A program made the position numbers and the translations under genes. DNA of 64,000 nucleotides from Centroscyllium fabricii. Taxonomy: Eukaryota. The DNA lies in assembly GCA_051313645.2 (NCBI GenBank), contig JBNRSN020000010.1:131006001-131070000 (forward strand), written 5' to 3'. The notes beneath the pieces are model-generated. The model was not told where the DNA came from. It was given only the letters and a program-made list of their open reading frames with translations, and did no database searches. Shown here piece after piece: positions 23,180 to 35,560 of this stretch. The first letter of the stretch is position 1; every line of letters starts with the position of its first letter.

Positions 23180-23808
23180 GTTGTAATAAATGTGAAAATG
23201 TTTACAGTAGATAATTTCTGCTGCAATTTGAAAATTGAAATAATTTTAAATTTAAGACACTTGTACCTAACCATTCTGCACTCTGCTTGTTCTGCTCCTT
23301 TCCTGGATCTTTGATTTCATGTACGCATGTTTGTTTTGTTGGTCTTGTTATAAATTTAACGTAGAGGATCATCTTATGCCATTTTGCTTGCCAGTTTTTT
23401 GTTTGTTACCCTCTTTGGGTTCGTTCGTTCTTCCTTAATTATCTCTTCTCCTCTCCCTCCCCCCAACACCCCACCCTGCAATAGCCTAAGACAGTCAGCC
23501 AGCTAGTATGCTTCCAGGCCTCTGCCAATATTGCTTTGTAACCGGCTGCTTGGAAGTGTATGAGGTGACTGCTGTGCTTTTTGTCCCCTTTCCTCTCACT
23601 GGGGGGGAAAAAGTCTCCCAAAAATACCTCCTAGTGCACAGCTGAGAATGAAAAAAATCAAGGGTGCAAATCACACCCCTATCACTGTGGCATGGTGTAT
23701 TGGTATACCAGTGTGCTGTGCCACTGCTTGCTTGCTTGCTAGTCACTTGAAGCACAATTTAATGGATTACTGTAACCTTCAAATGTATTTATTTATCTCT
23801 TGGAACAG

Positions 23809-23898
23809 GAGAGTAATCAGCAAGTTGTTGCCATGCAGTCACGGACGGGAGATGTTCTGAAAAAACTATTTCCCAGGGTGTTGGTGGCTTCCAACTCG
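23809..23898 (+). CDS. KTN1: KTN1 90-nt exon ESNQQVVAMQSRTGDVLKKLFPRVLVASNS
   Basis: AACAG| acceptor, |GTAATT donor; VLKKLFP motif as in KTN1. Confidence 0.93.
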
Positions 23899-24360
23899 GT
23901 AATTGTTCTTTATGTAGCATGTATGAAACCACTTCTTCTTTGTTAAATGAACAAGAATGATTGATTCAAATCAAATAATATTTAATTAAGTTGTTCAGAG
24001 ACTTTTTTTGCATTTCTTTATTTTTAAAGCTTCTTTAGGACATTTGGTTCTGGCATGTGTCCTTTTTATGTTTTTAAATGCGTCAGTAAAGAAATGCTGT
24101 TCCTGAAATGTTAGTATTTTCTAAGAATCATTATTGATTTCCAGTCCTGACTATAGAACCTTAATTTTGTTTAGTTGCACTCTTAAGGCAAATTGAAGAC
24201 TGTACTCAAAACAAGCCACCTTTGCACAAGTAAAATCGATAAGCGGTTATTAGAAAAACATCGTTGTATTGAACTTTTGCGTGTATTCTATTTTGTGCTT
24301 TGTAAAGCAGAAAAATTACCTTTGCCCCAACATTAAAAGCAGTTGTCTTTATGCTTATAG

Positions 24361-24438
24361 GACTATACTGAGTGGCTGCAGGAATTTGAGAGAGCAGCAC
24401 AAAACAGTTTGTCTTCATTGCTAGCAGAACAATCAAAG
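24361..24438 (+). CDS. KTN1: KTN1 78-nt exon DYTEWLQEFERAAQNSLSSLLAEQSK
   Basis: TATAG| acceptor, AAG|GTTTGC donor; YxEWLxxFE motif of the KTN1/RRBP1 family. Confidence 0.92.
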
Positions 24439-25595
24439 GTTTGCATATTTAAAAATTGTATTCTGGACAAGCATATTGTGGCAAAATATGCTTTTCTCTT
24501 TTTTCATGTTACAGAAGATTTCAGGCCATCAGTAGAGATAGAAATTGGAATTGTGTGGAAAAGGTCACTGGTGGTAGCCAAGTTTGCATGGGGAAACATA
24601 AATCTGAATGATGGAGATTTTACATTGCCTGGCAATGTGTTAAAAGGAGTGATGTGAACTGAGCAAATTCCATCACCAGAATCCCCTCATAATTTCTAAA
24701 GCATTTTTTAAATAGTTGTTTTCCTGAGCTCTTCTGTGGAGCATTATCAAATACATTTTGAGTCGGCAGTATGGGGATCCGATACAGTGGAATAACATCT
24801 GGAAGGAAAATCTTCAGTGTCTCCACCTCACAGATTGGGAGCAGTTACGAGGCTTGTGGAGATTAGTCCCTGCTTCTGTGTTTTTTTCTTATTCATTAAG
24901 TGTTAGCTGACGAGGTCGTTAATCATCTTTGTGAAGCTCTCCAAATGAAGATTATGTATTTCACACAAGAATTTAAGAAGATCTGAGCAGCGAGGAACTT
25001 GATAAACAGTTCAACTGCCAAAGAAGTTATCTATCTTTCAACCAGAGTAAGACTTCATTTGGGTTACTGTATATAATAATGAAACATTGCTGCTGTGATC
25101 AGGAACTATTTGATTCCCTTACACCTTTATCATCAGCCCAAATATAAAATTCTAAGGGTACTTTTAAATTTTAACGTTATTACACTTTTTATATCAATTT
25201 CCCCACATGAACTATTTATAATCTCCATTATAAATACTTCAACTAGGTGGTGTGAGCCAAATAACCCATTGTCAATGCTGCAGCTGTGTAACCGGCTGGG
25301 TGCAGGGAGACCAAGAAAGGGGGAAAAGTATCAATTTTAAAAGACAATCTCACATTTACAATATAACTTAGTCCTTCAGTGTAGTCACTTGGGCAGAGAA
25401 TATGGAATTTCTTTTCTGGTTATCCATTTCCTTAAGCTAAGTAAACCTCTTGAAAAACTTACATGCTTTGCTTTGATCATGCTTATGAATTTTGCCATAA
25501 AATCAAAACTGTTGCTTTATGACATGCCTGTGTTTATCACAATGAATTTAGGATAAATAAAAATGAAACTAGATATATTAAAGCAATATACGCTA

Positions 25596-25665
25596 TCCCA
25601 CTGATGTACAGCCATATCCCACTGATGTACAGCCATATCCCACTGATGTACAGCCATATCCCACG
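25596..25665. repeat. 21-bp tandem repeat (ATCCCACTGATGTACAGCCAT) x about 3.3
   Basis: Seen directly. Confidence 0.9.
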
Positions 25666-26699
25666 CTGTTTGCAGCACTTTAAAAAAATATTCTCCATGA
25701 ATAGCAACCATTGCTCTTTTCTGTTCTACTCAAAATCAGTATCCGTTCTCTCTCCCCCATTTTCTTTTTACCAGAACTGCTATAGGGGGAACTAAGTGAT
25801 TCAAATCAAGCCCAGATTGATGTGCTTTCTGCCAGCCATGTGAAATTAATGTAGATAGCCTGCTAGTTGGCTAAGTCTGCAGCACAAGGTATTGCAAAAT
25901 TAGACATAATTCTGAGGCCATTGGGTTGACTGAACTGGAAAATATGGAGGGAAGTGAAGAAAGGCATGCATTTATAAAGAGCTTTATCTCTCAAATGTTC
26001 TTTTGTGTGCAGCAAGATCTTACAAATAGTAATGAAGTGAAGCACCAGTTAATGGATTTTTAATTCATGATGGTTGAGAGGGGCATGCTAGCCTGACGCT
26101 TGAAAATTGCCTGCTTTGAATAATGCCATAAAATCGTACCATCCACCTGAACCAGCATAACCAGCAAATTGAGAGTGCAGTCCTTGAGTGTCAGCTCAAC
26201 TCCTGGAGTGGTGCAATCTCTGGCTCCGTTGCCATAGTGCTGCCAACAGAGCCAAGCTGATGCACTGCAATGGGTATTGCACTGAAGTTAGAGGCCAGGC
26301 ATGTTTAGGGCACTGGAGACCTGTGCTTTATGCTGACTCTGGCAGCACAAAACTCATCTTAAGCAAAAATTGAAGAAAAAAAATTGAAGTTGAAGTGGAT
26401 CTATTCAAACGTATGTGAATGCAAAATATCATATTGTCCAATAGGCTCACTGTATCTACTACCATATTGATTTCTACCAGATACAAGTGCAGGAAATATC
26501 CCACCCCAGCATTATCACCTTGATACAAAAGATGGTAGAAAGATGGAAGAGCGTGTCTCTCCATATAGGGAAAATTGATCGTGTTACATATTAAATTTCC
26601 CCAGAACAAGTAAATCATCTGTCATGGTGCTCTGCGGTATTGAGAAATCTAATGATATTTACTATTGACATTTAGTTTTTAGATTTTCATGATGTATTA

Positions 26700-27388
26700 T
26701 CCCTCTTTGACCCTTTGCTCAGACAGAGTTCACCACACAATCCTTCTCCAATGCTTTTCCTTCATTAACCAGCTCCGTGGGACCACCCTTGCTTGATTCC
26801 ACCCTTAACTATTGAATCGTAGCCAGCAGATCTCGAGCAATGGCTTCTCTTCCCACTTGCCACCATCACCTTTTGGAGCCCTCCAGTGCTCTGTCCATGC
26901 CCCCTTCCTCATTTCCATGCCGCCCCTTGGTGACAGCTGCAGACATGGGGCCACCTCCCACATGTGCAAAACCCCTCTTAACTCCTCTGCTGTGGGGCTG
27001 CTTGTCCAACACCCATACTTGGATGAATCTTCATTTCATCAGCTAAATGTTGGGAAGACTGAAGTCATTATATTCCACTACATGATCCGTGCTCGACACT
27101 GACTTAAAAGCCCCCCAACCCCTAAACTCTCTCCCTCTTGTGCGTCTCCTCCTTTCACTTTATCCCATTGAAGGCATAGGTGCAAGCTGCCGAGGTTCCG
27201 TTCTTGGGAAATTCCTCCCTAAACACCTGTCTCTTAACCTTTTTTCGAACCCTTCTGAAAACCCATGTCACCCCTCCTAATTTCTCCTCCTTTGGCTCGG
27301 CAGCTGTTTTTCCTCAGATCTGCTTAAAGCACCTTGGGATGTTTATTTGTTTTAAAGGTGTTCTATACATGCAAGTTGTTGCCGCTGT
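26700..27388 (+). mobile_element. Old L2 LINE fragment ending at the KTN1 acceptor region
   Basis: QLNVGKTEVIIF remnant (L2 RT LNxxKTE motif) and tail AAAGGTGTTCTATACATGCAAGTTGTTG. Confidence 0.65.
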
Positions 27389-27415
27389 TATTTGTTGGTT
27401 ACTTTCAAAATCTAG

Positions 27416-27505
27416 GTCCTGGAACACAAAGAAAAGGAATATGAGGAAATGCAGGCAATGTTGCAGTTAGAGTGCGAAAAGTACAAGACCGTACTTGCAG
27501 AAACG
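27416..27505 (+). CDS. KTN1: KTN1 90-nt exon VLEHKEKEYEEMQAMLQLECEKYKTVLAET
   Basis: CTAG| acceptor, |GTAAGT donor; matches human 'VLEHKLKEADEMHTLLQLECEKYKSVLAET'. Confidence 0.96.
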
Positions 27506-27596
27506 GTAAGTTTCGTATAGTTGTTTGTTTCCAGCAGAGTTTGGTCTTGAACTGTTTTTTCCCCAAAAATAAAATATTTAATGGTATTCTCTGCAG

Positions 27597-27689
27597 GAAG
27601 GAATTTTACAGAGGTTGCAAAGCAGCGTTGAAGAGGAGGAAGGCAAATGGAAGGTGAAACTGGAAGAATCCCAGAAGGCATTGATGCAG
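27597..27689 (+). CDS. KTN1: KTN1 93-nt exon EGILQRLQSSVEEEEGKWKVKLEESQKALMQ
   Basis: TGCAG| acceptor, CAG|GTAGCC donor; matches human 'EGILQKLQRSVEQEENKWKVKVDES..'. Confidence 0.96.
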
Positions 27690-27835
27690 GTAGCCAGCTC
27701 ATGCAATAATGTGCATCATTTCCGAGAATCTGATTATTAATTGCAGAGAAGAACTAAAAAATTGGACATATTGTTTACAATTACTTTACACATTGGCCCT
27801 TTTCTCTTGAATTAAGACTGTACTGCAAAATTAAT

Positions 27836-28707
27836 GGGCCAGAAATTCGGGTGCCTCGCACCAGTTGCACCCGCACGGAGGGGGGCCAATTTCCCCGTGC
27901 GATCGATCGATCGCACGGGGCATGCGCATGGATCGGAGCTTTCCGATGCTGAGGGAGAAGGGCCCTCAGCATCGCACGCAGGAGTCAATTACACCCAAAA
28001 ATCCCGATTGAAAAGGGTGAAAATTAGTGCGTGAATCTGTGGGCAAGTGGCCTTTGAGCTGCACGGGAAAAAAGGAGTCGTAACCTGTGCGTTGGTGAGA
28101 GCAGTGCGTTCTTAAACAAGGTAATTGACTTTTTTACCTTCAATTTTAAGTTTTATCAGGTTTTTTTTTTTAGAGTAATGTGGCCAGATCACTATCATTT
28201 AATTTGGCTGTTAAAATTTTTTTTTTTATTTTAAAAATCCGAATTTCAATTGTTATGCACACTGCTTTCTATTCCAAATCGCTTATTTTTAAATTTTAAG
28301 TTCTGAAATTTTTAACTTTTTTAATTTAAAAAACTAAAGAAATCGCTGAGACATACCTCCATTGAAAGTCTGCCCTGGCCGCCGTTGCTTCTGCCGAGTC
28401 TGGGTGCAGCAGTGGGCGTGGTCCTAATCGAGGCCTCACATGCCTGCTCCCTACGAAGTCCGACTGTGAAGCAGGGGGCGTTTTTTATTTAAATTAGGGA
28501 TCTGTGGGCGGGGCATCACTCCAACACACGCACGACGGCAGCGCATATGCAGCGCTCCTAGCGTGGCTGGACTGCCACGCAGCCCAGGAACGGGGCGGAG
28601 CCAACAGGAAGTTTTGGCCGTAAAAAATGTGCGATTATGGTGCGGTGCTATAGGTGTCCGCATGGTCCTTGCACCCGCACCAACCGGCAGACTGGAATTT
28701 CTGGCCC
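27836..28707. mobile_element. PIF/Harbinger-like MITE with 3-bp TSD
   Basis: AAT|GGGCCAGAAATTC ... GAATTTCTGGCCC|AAT; GC-rich arms and AT-rich core. Confidence 0.88.
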
Positions 28708-28825
28708 AATAGTAGGTCTGTCTTCATGGTACTCATCGTAGGATAAGGAAAGCACCATAGCAAAGAAAGTGAATATAAAATGTTAGTCTATACGGTTAAA
28801 ATTTTCCCATTTCAACAAAGTATAG

Positions 28826-31512
28826 AAGGCAGTAGGCCCCGACAACATCCTGGCTGTAGTGCTGAAGACTTGTGCTCAAGAACTAGCCGTGCCATTAGCC
28901 AAGCTGTTTCAGTACAACTATAGCACTGGCATCAACATGACAAAGTGGAAAATTGTCCAGGTATGTCCTGTCCAGAAAAAGCAGGACAAATCCAATCCAG
29001 GCAATTACCGCCCCATCAGTCTCCTCTCAATCAAAAGTAAAGTGATGGAAGGCATTGTCGACAGTGCTATCAAGCGGCACTTACTCATCAATGACCTGCT
29101 CACCGATACTCAGTTTGGGACCACTCAGTTCCAGCCCTCATTACAGCCTTGGTCTAAGCATGGACAAAAGAGCTGAATTCCAGAGGTGAGCTGAGGGTGA
29201 CTGCCCTTGACATCAAGGCAGAATTTGATTGAATTTGGCATCAAGGAGCCCCAGTAATATTGAAGTCAATGGGGATCAGAGGGAAAGAATTGATTGAAAG
29301 TTCCTGCTCTGCCGATCTGGAATTCCTCACGGTAAGGTGCAGACCTTTTTACCTACCTCGGGAATTCACGGCCGTCATCTTCACTGTGGTCCACATCCCT
29401 CCACGTGCTAATGCCAAACTGGCACTAAAGGATCTCCACAGGGCCATCAGTGAGCAGCAGACCGCGCATCCGGAGGGAGCCTTTATCGTGGCGGGGGTCT
29501 TTAACCACGCTAACCTCAAATCTGTTCTCCTGAAATTTCACCAGAATGTCTCCTGCCCCATGAGGGGCGAGAACACGCTGGACCAGGTTTACACCAACAT
29601 TGCAGAGGCTTACAAGGCCATCTCCTGCCCCCACCTCGGGAAGTCCGACCACCTTTCACTGTTCCTTGCCCCAGCATACAAACCACTCATCAAAAGGGTG
29701 AAAGCTCCAGTCAAAACGGTTAGGGTATGGCCAGAAGGGGCAGTCTCAGAGCTACAAGACTGCTTCGAACGCACTGAATGGAGCATGTTTGCTCACACGG
29801 ACATCGAGGGATACGCATCCACAGTGCTATTCTACATCAACAGCTGTGTCGAGGTGATCACTACCCAAAAAACCATCAAGACATTCCCCACCCAGAAACC
29901 CTGGATGAATGAGGAGGTCTGCTCACTGCTGAAAGCACGCGGCGCAGCTTTCAAATCTGGTGACGTAGCGGCTTACAGCACAGCCAGGGCCAACCAAACA
30001 GCTTTCAAATCTGGTGACGTAGCGGCTTACAGCACAGCCAGGGCCAACCTAAAGAGGGGAATCAGTTCTGCCAAACGCAATCAGACACTGAAGATAGAGG
30101 AACACTTCCACAACAACTCGGACCCTCGGCGTATATGGCAAGGCATCCAGTCCATCACGGACTACAAGTGCAAGAACACCAGCCCCCCGACCAGCGATGC
30201 CTCACCACCGGAGGAACCCAACACCTTCTATGCTCGCTTTGACAGGGACAGCAGGGAGCCAGCCACCAAAGTCTTGCAATCTCCGGAAGACCAGTTACTA
30301 ATACTGTCCTCCTCGTAAGAGGTGCTCTACGTGGAGTGAATGCATGGAAGGCCGCAGGTCCTGACTGCATCCCTGGCCGGGCCCTCAAAGACTGTGCTGA
30401 CCAACTGACAGGTCTTCACCGACATCTTCAACCTGTCACTGGCGAAGGCAGCTGTCCCTACCTGCTTCAAGACTGCCACCATCATCCCTGTGCCCAAGAA
30501 AACGGCCATGACTTGCCTGAACGACTACCGCCCTGTCGCACTCACACCCATAATCATGAACTGTTTTGAGCGGCTGGTCCTGGCCCACATCAAAGCCAGC
30601 GTCCCCGCTGCCCTCGACCAATACCAGTTCGCCTATCGAAGAAACAGATCAACGGAAGATGCAATCACAACGGCTCTTCACTCTGCACTAAACCACCTGG
30701 ATAGCAAAGATACCTATATCAGAATGCTGTTTATAGACTACAGCGTACCGACAAACTGCATCACAGTCTGGTATGAAAACGGCACCATCTCGGACCGGAA
30801 GGCCCTGCAGCTGGTAGTCAAAACTGCCCAATGAATCACCGGCACCCAGCTACCATCAATTGAATACACCTACCTGAAACGCTGCCTACGGAGGTCTCAG
30901 AACATTATTAAAGACCCCACACACCCCAGCCATAGTCTGTTCGCCCCCCTGCCCTCCGGGAGACGCTACAGATCAATTCGCACCCACACGACCAGATTCA
31001 AGAACAGCTTCTTCCCCAGGGCTGTCGGTCTCCTGAACTCCAACAAAAAACTCCAGTATCTGCACACCTGAAATGTACTTTACTGTATGCAATTGTATGT
31101 AACTTATTTGCAATACTCTCTGGAGCGGCGAGTCTTCGTTTCGTTGTATTGTACTAGTACACTGCAATGACCATAAAATTGAATTGAATTGAAAAGCTCT
31201 CCACTGGTTAGGGTCATACCTGGCACAAAAAAACCCAACCATCTCAGCCTCCGACTTCGCTGCAGGAGTTCCTCGGGACAATGTCCTAGGCCCAACCATC
31301 TTCAGCTGATTCATCAGTAACTTTCCCTCCATCATAAGGTCAGAGGTGGGGATGTTTGCTGATGACTGCAGTGTTCTGTTCAATTTGTAACTCCTCAGAT
31401 AATGAAGCAGTTCATGTCCAGATCTTTCTGCATGCGGGCAACATTCAGGCTTGGGCTGATCAGTCACAAGTAACATTTGCACCTCACCAGGCAATGACAA
31501 TTTCCAACAAAA
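28826..31512 (+). mobile_element. CR1-group (L2-like) LINE split by a Rex1 insertion (pieces 28826-29286 and 31192-31512)
   Basis: LKTCAQELAVPLAKLFQ..NYRPISLLS; the host ..GGGATCAGAGGGAAA|..CTCTCCACTGG resumes after the insert; same family as 14180-15415. Confidence 0.85.
29287..31191 (+). mobile_element. Rex1/Babar-clade LINE, 5'-truncated and internally deleted
   Basis: CRPFYLPREFTAV, NTLDQVYTN, LGKSDHLSLFL (AP endonuclease), [21 protein letters not shown] and RMLFIDYS (RT); (AATTG)n tail. Confidence 0.88.
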
Positions 31513-32639
31513 AAATAAGAATTAGGAGCAGGCGTAGGCCATTCGGCTCCTCGAGCCTGCTCCGCCATTCAATAAGATCATGGCTGATCTTCTACCTCAA
31601 CTCCACTTTCCTGCACTATCGCTATATCCCTTGACTCCCTTATTGTCAAAAAATCTGTCAATCTCTGTCTTGAATATACTCAATGACTGAGCCTCCACAG
31701 CCCTCTGGGGTAGAGAAATTTCTCCTCATCTCAGTCCTAAATGGCCGACCCCTTATTCTGAGATTGTGACCCCTGGTTCGAGACTCCCCGGTCAGGGGAA
31801 ACATCCTCCCTGCATCTACCCTTTCAAGCCCTGCAAGAATTCTGTATGTTTCCATGAAATCGCTTCTCATTCTTCTAAATTCTAGAGAATATAGGCCAAC
31901 CGTCTCATCCCAGGAATCACTTGAGTGACCCTTCGTTGCACCTCCTCTAAGGCAAGTATATCCTTCCTTGGTTAAAGAGACCAAAACTGTACACATTACT
32001 CCAGGTGTGATCTCACCATGGCCTTATATAATTGCAGTAAGACATTTTTACTCTTGTACTCAAATTCTCTTGTATTAAAGGACAACGTACCATTTGCTTT
32101 CCTAATTGTTTGCTGTACCTGCATGTTAACTTTCAGTGGTTTGTGTACAAGGACACCCAGGTCCCTCTGAACACCAACATTTCCCAATCTTGTTCCATTT
32201 AAAAAATACTCCGCTTTTCTATTTTTCCTACCAAAGTGGATAACTTTACATTTCTCCACATTATATTCCATTTGCCATGTTCTTGCCCACTCACTTAGCC
32301 TGCCTATATCCCCTTGAAGCCTCTTTGCATCCTCCTCACAACTTACATTTCCATCTAGCTTTGTATCCTCAGCAAACTTGGATACATTACATTTGGTCCC
32401 CTCATCCAACTCATTGATCTAGAATGTGAATAGCTGAGGCCCAAGCACTGATTCTTGCGGTACCCCACTAGTTACAGCCTGCCAACCTGAAAATGACCCG
32501 TTTATTCCTACTCTGTTTTCTGTCCATTAATCCATCCTCAATTCATGCTAGTGTATTACCCCCATCCCATGAGCCCTCATTTTGTTTAATAACCTCTTTT
32601 GTGTGGTACCTTATCGACTGCCTTCTGAAAATCCAAATA
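31513..32639 (-). mobile_element. CR1 LINE (RT to 3' end)
   Basis: SKFAEDTKL..WQMEYNVEKCKVIHFG and YLDFQKAVDKVPH peptides; CR1 3'UTR. Confidence 0.9.
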
Positions 32640-32869
32640 CAGGTTGAGCACCGTTAATCCGGCACCCTCAGGACCAGGCCGGTGCTGGCCGACTGAAAAT
32701 TCCGAACCGCTGAATGTTCGGGGGGAGCGCGCAGTAGAACACTCACCAGAGCGCGCGGGTAGAACACTCCCCGGGAGGGAGCCCGGGGATAGAACACTTA
32801 CAAAACCTAAATAAAATAGAAACCCAAACGCCCGACGCCTTCGCCGCTCGCTCACCCTTCCTGGGAAAC
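32640..32869 (+). mobile_element. Left end of a Tigger-like MITE (family of 6032/35864), truncated
   Basis: TA|CAGGTTGAGCACCGTTAATCCGGCAC; no right TIR before the next CR1. Confidence 0.75.
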
Positions 32870-33700
32870 GGCAGATGCAATATAACGTGGATAAATGCGA
32901 GGTTATCCACTTTGGTGTCAAAAACAGGAAGGCAGATTATTATCTGAATGGCAATAGATTGGGAGAAGTGGAAGAGCAACGAGACCTGGGTGTCCTTGTG
33001 CACCAGTCGCTGAAGGTAAGCATGCAGGTGCAGCAGGCGGTTAAGAAGGCAAATGGTATGTTGGCCTTCGTAGTGAGAGGGTTTGAGTACAGGAACAAGG
33101 ATGTCTTTCTGCAGTTGTACAGCGCCTTCGTGAGACCACACCTTGAGTATTGTGTGCAGTTTTGGTCGCCTTATCTGAGGAAGGATATTCTTGCCATGGA
33201 GGGAGTGCAGCGAAGATTCACCAGGCTGATACCTGGGATGGCAGGAATGATGTATGAGGAGAGATTGGGTCGATTGGACTTATACTTGCTAGAGTTTAGA
33301 AGAACGAGAGGGGATCTCATTGAAATTTATAAAATTCTAACATGACCAGACAGCCTAGATGCAGGAAGGATGTTCCCGATGGTCGGGGAGTCCAGAACCA
33401 GGGATCACAGTCTAAGGATAAGGGGTAAGCCATTCAGGACAGAGATGAGGAGGGACTTCTTTACCCAGAGACTGGTGAACCTGTGGAATTCTCTACCACA
33501 GAAGGCCGTAGAGGCCAATTCATTAAATATATTCAAGAAGGAGTTGGATATATTTCTTAAGGCTAAAGGGATCAAGGGGTATGGGGAGAAGGCAGGAACA
33601 GGGTACTGAATTTCGATAATCAGCCATGATCGCATTGAATGACGGAGCAGGCTCAAGGGGCCGAATGGCCTACTACTGCTCCTACCCTCTGTTTCTATAT
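32870..33700 (+). mobile_element. Young CR1 3' fragment
   Basis: MQYNVDKCEVIHFG..RPHLEYCVQFWSP..KGYGEKAGTGY; very similar to the 17280-18050 copy. Confidence 0.93.
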
Positions 33701-34600
33701 TATGAGGGTCTGGAAAACTCCCCCAGAATTCTGCAACTCCTCAGCAAAGATTGTAGAGATTGAGTTTGCGAGTTTGATACAGAAGTATTATGTCAGACAA
33801 TTCTAAAAAATAGATCGATTTATTAAAGAACCGACATCATTTACAGTTGGTGAGTCAATCGCAAAATTAACAGTTCCAAAAAGAGAGAGCTTTACAATCT
33901 TCTTATCGGAGATCCTTACTCTCAAATCCTAACTTCGCTTCAGTTTTACAGTTCTTAAAGTTTTATTCAGGATATTCACCAAAATCAAATACAGTACCTT
34001 GTGATCACCGAGGTACTAAGAGTTGGAAACTTACAGAGCTGGCTCTGAAGCGAAGATCGCTTTGCCCCTTTAAGCGAATCTACTATCCCATTTGAGAGTT
34101 CAATATTTATACCATTTCCCAGTGGTATTTCCTTTTAGGCTTTCTGCTGATGTAAGCTAATTATCTCTCTTCAGTTTTCTACCAACCCCTGCAATTCTTG
34201 GTCACCTCAGCTGGTAGCACGACAGAACCATGTCTCTCCTCTAGGTGTTCTAAGTTTATCATAAAACGGTGTAACAGCAGGTGTGCTTTTCTTGGTATCA
34301 TTTTTACGAAGACAGATGTTTATTACTATGTGCTTCTTTACGAGGTGTAAATTAGAACACCTTATACAGGGTGAACTATTGTCTTGTTCCCAATATCAGG
34401 AGCCTTTAACCTTCTGTTTCAATAAGGTTATTGAGTCAGTGTCAACACTATCTTATCTCAATAGCCAGATTGCTATCACAGCTTTTTCATGGTTAGGTTT
34501 CTAGATTTCCAGACCCAGTTTGTCATGTTTTAATAAGGTCAGAATTCTTTCATAGAATGGTGTATTTTTCTGAAAAGGTTATATGGCTTATTCCTTCACA
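33701..34600 (-). mobile_element. Putative ERV-like solo LTR
   Basis: Ends TATGAGGG.. / ..CCTTCACA (imperfect inverted termini), minus-strand AATAAA near 33820 and TATAAA near 34107; no TSD seen. Confidence 0.4.
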
Positions 34601-34958
34601 CGTGGACCTGCAAATTTCCCTGCTTCTCTGCAGGAAAAATCCAAAATGTAAGCAGCTTAAGAAGCAACACCAGAATGGATAATCCACACCCAATGACCAG
34701 TGTTACTTTGCTTGCAATTATGCTAATTGTTCACTTTTAATTTTTGTAAAAACTATCTATATTCCAGAAACCCATGAGAGAACCTGGAAAACAAATCAAT
34801 GCTCAAGGTTGTGATCCTATATACACGTACTGGGTGTACATGAAATTTGTCTTTCAACTGTGCTAATAAAGGAGCATTGAACAAATTCTTCAGACATTTG
34901 TAGATTTTCATTTCAGCCCCTCATAGCAGCATTTAATGTTCTGTGCATTATATTCCAG

Positions 34959-35030
34959 ATGCAGTCATCGGTCCGCACATTGGAGCAAGAATTGGAAAGG
35001 GCGAAGCGTGAAAACACAGAAGCTGAAAAT
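34959..35030 (+). CDS. KTN1: KTN1 72-nt exon MQSSVRTLEQELERAKRENTEAEN
   Basis: TCCAG| acceptor, |GTAGGT donor; matches human 'MQSSFTSSEQELERLRSENKDIEN'. Confidence 0.94.
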
Positions 35031-35059
35031 GTAGGTGAATTGTCATTGTATGTGTAAGA

Positions 35060-35560
35060 AACCAAAGTGGTTGACCCGTACAAAAATGAACTACGGATGT
35101 AAGATAAGTCCGGGTTTTACTGGGGATAAGGTCATCGAAGGTGAAGGTGAGGAAGTGGTTGAGAAAATCAATGGCTGCAGAAGTGTGCCAGTTAATGGTG
35201 GGCCAAAGAGTATGCAGTTGAGTTTGAAAGTGCAGTTGTAAATGATTTTGAGGAGAATTTATTCCAGGGACAGGTTCAGAAGGAAGTGGGGATAGAAGGA
35301 CGTAGTTGGCGAGGGATACAAGGTAGGGATCGGAGATGGCCTTGTTGACTGATGGACGAAGAGAGGCCACATCAGATGGCAAGGTCGAAGGAGTGGCCAT
35401 GAATATGAATAGGAAAATTTATACGGAGAGAGGATGAGAGGCAGCAAACTCTGAGGAGCGGGGGCGAGGTGAGTTTGGATGGAGATTGAAATCACTGGAT
35501 TTGGAGCTGCCCATTGCAGAGGCTGAGGGAGGAAAGGAAGAAATAATATCTGAGCAATTC
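35060..35560 (-). mobile_element. Old L2-type LINE fragment
   Basis: Purine-rich + strand; minus-strand pyrimidine-rich remnants (..TFTFDDLIPSKT..) similar to L2 ORF2. Confidence 0.45.

Noticed and set aside
25517-25795. ORFs with MYSHIPL / WDMAVHQ repeats
   Set aside because: By-products of a 21-bp tandem repeat; no splice signals or homology
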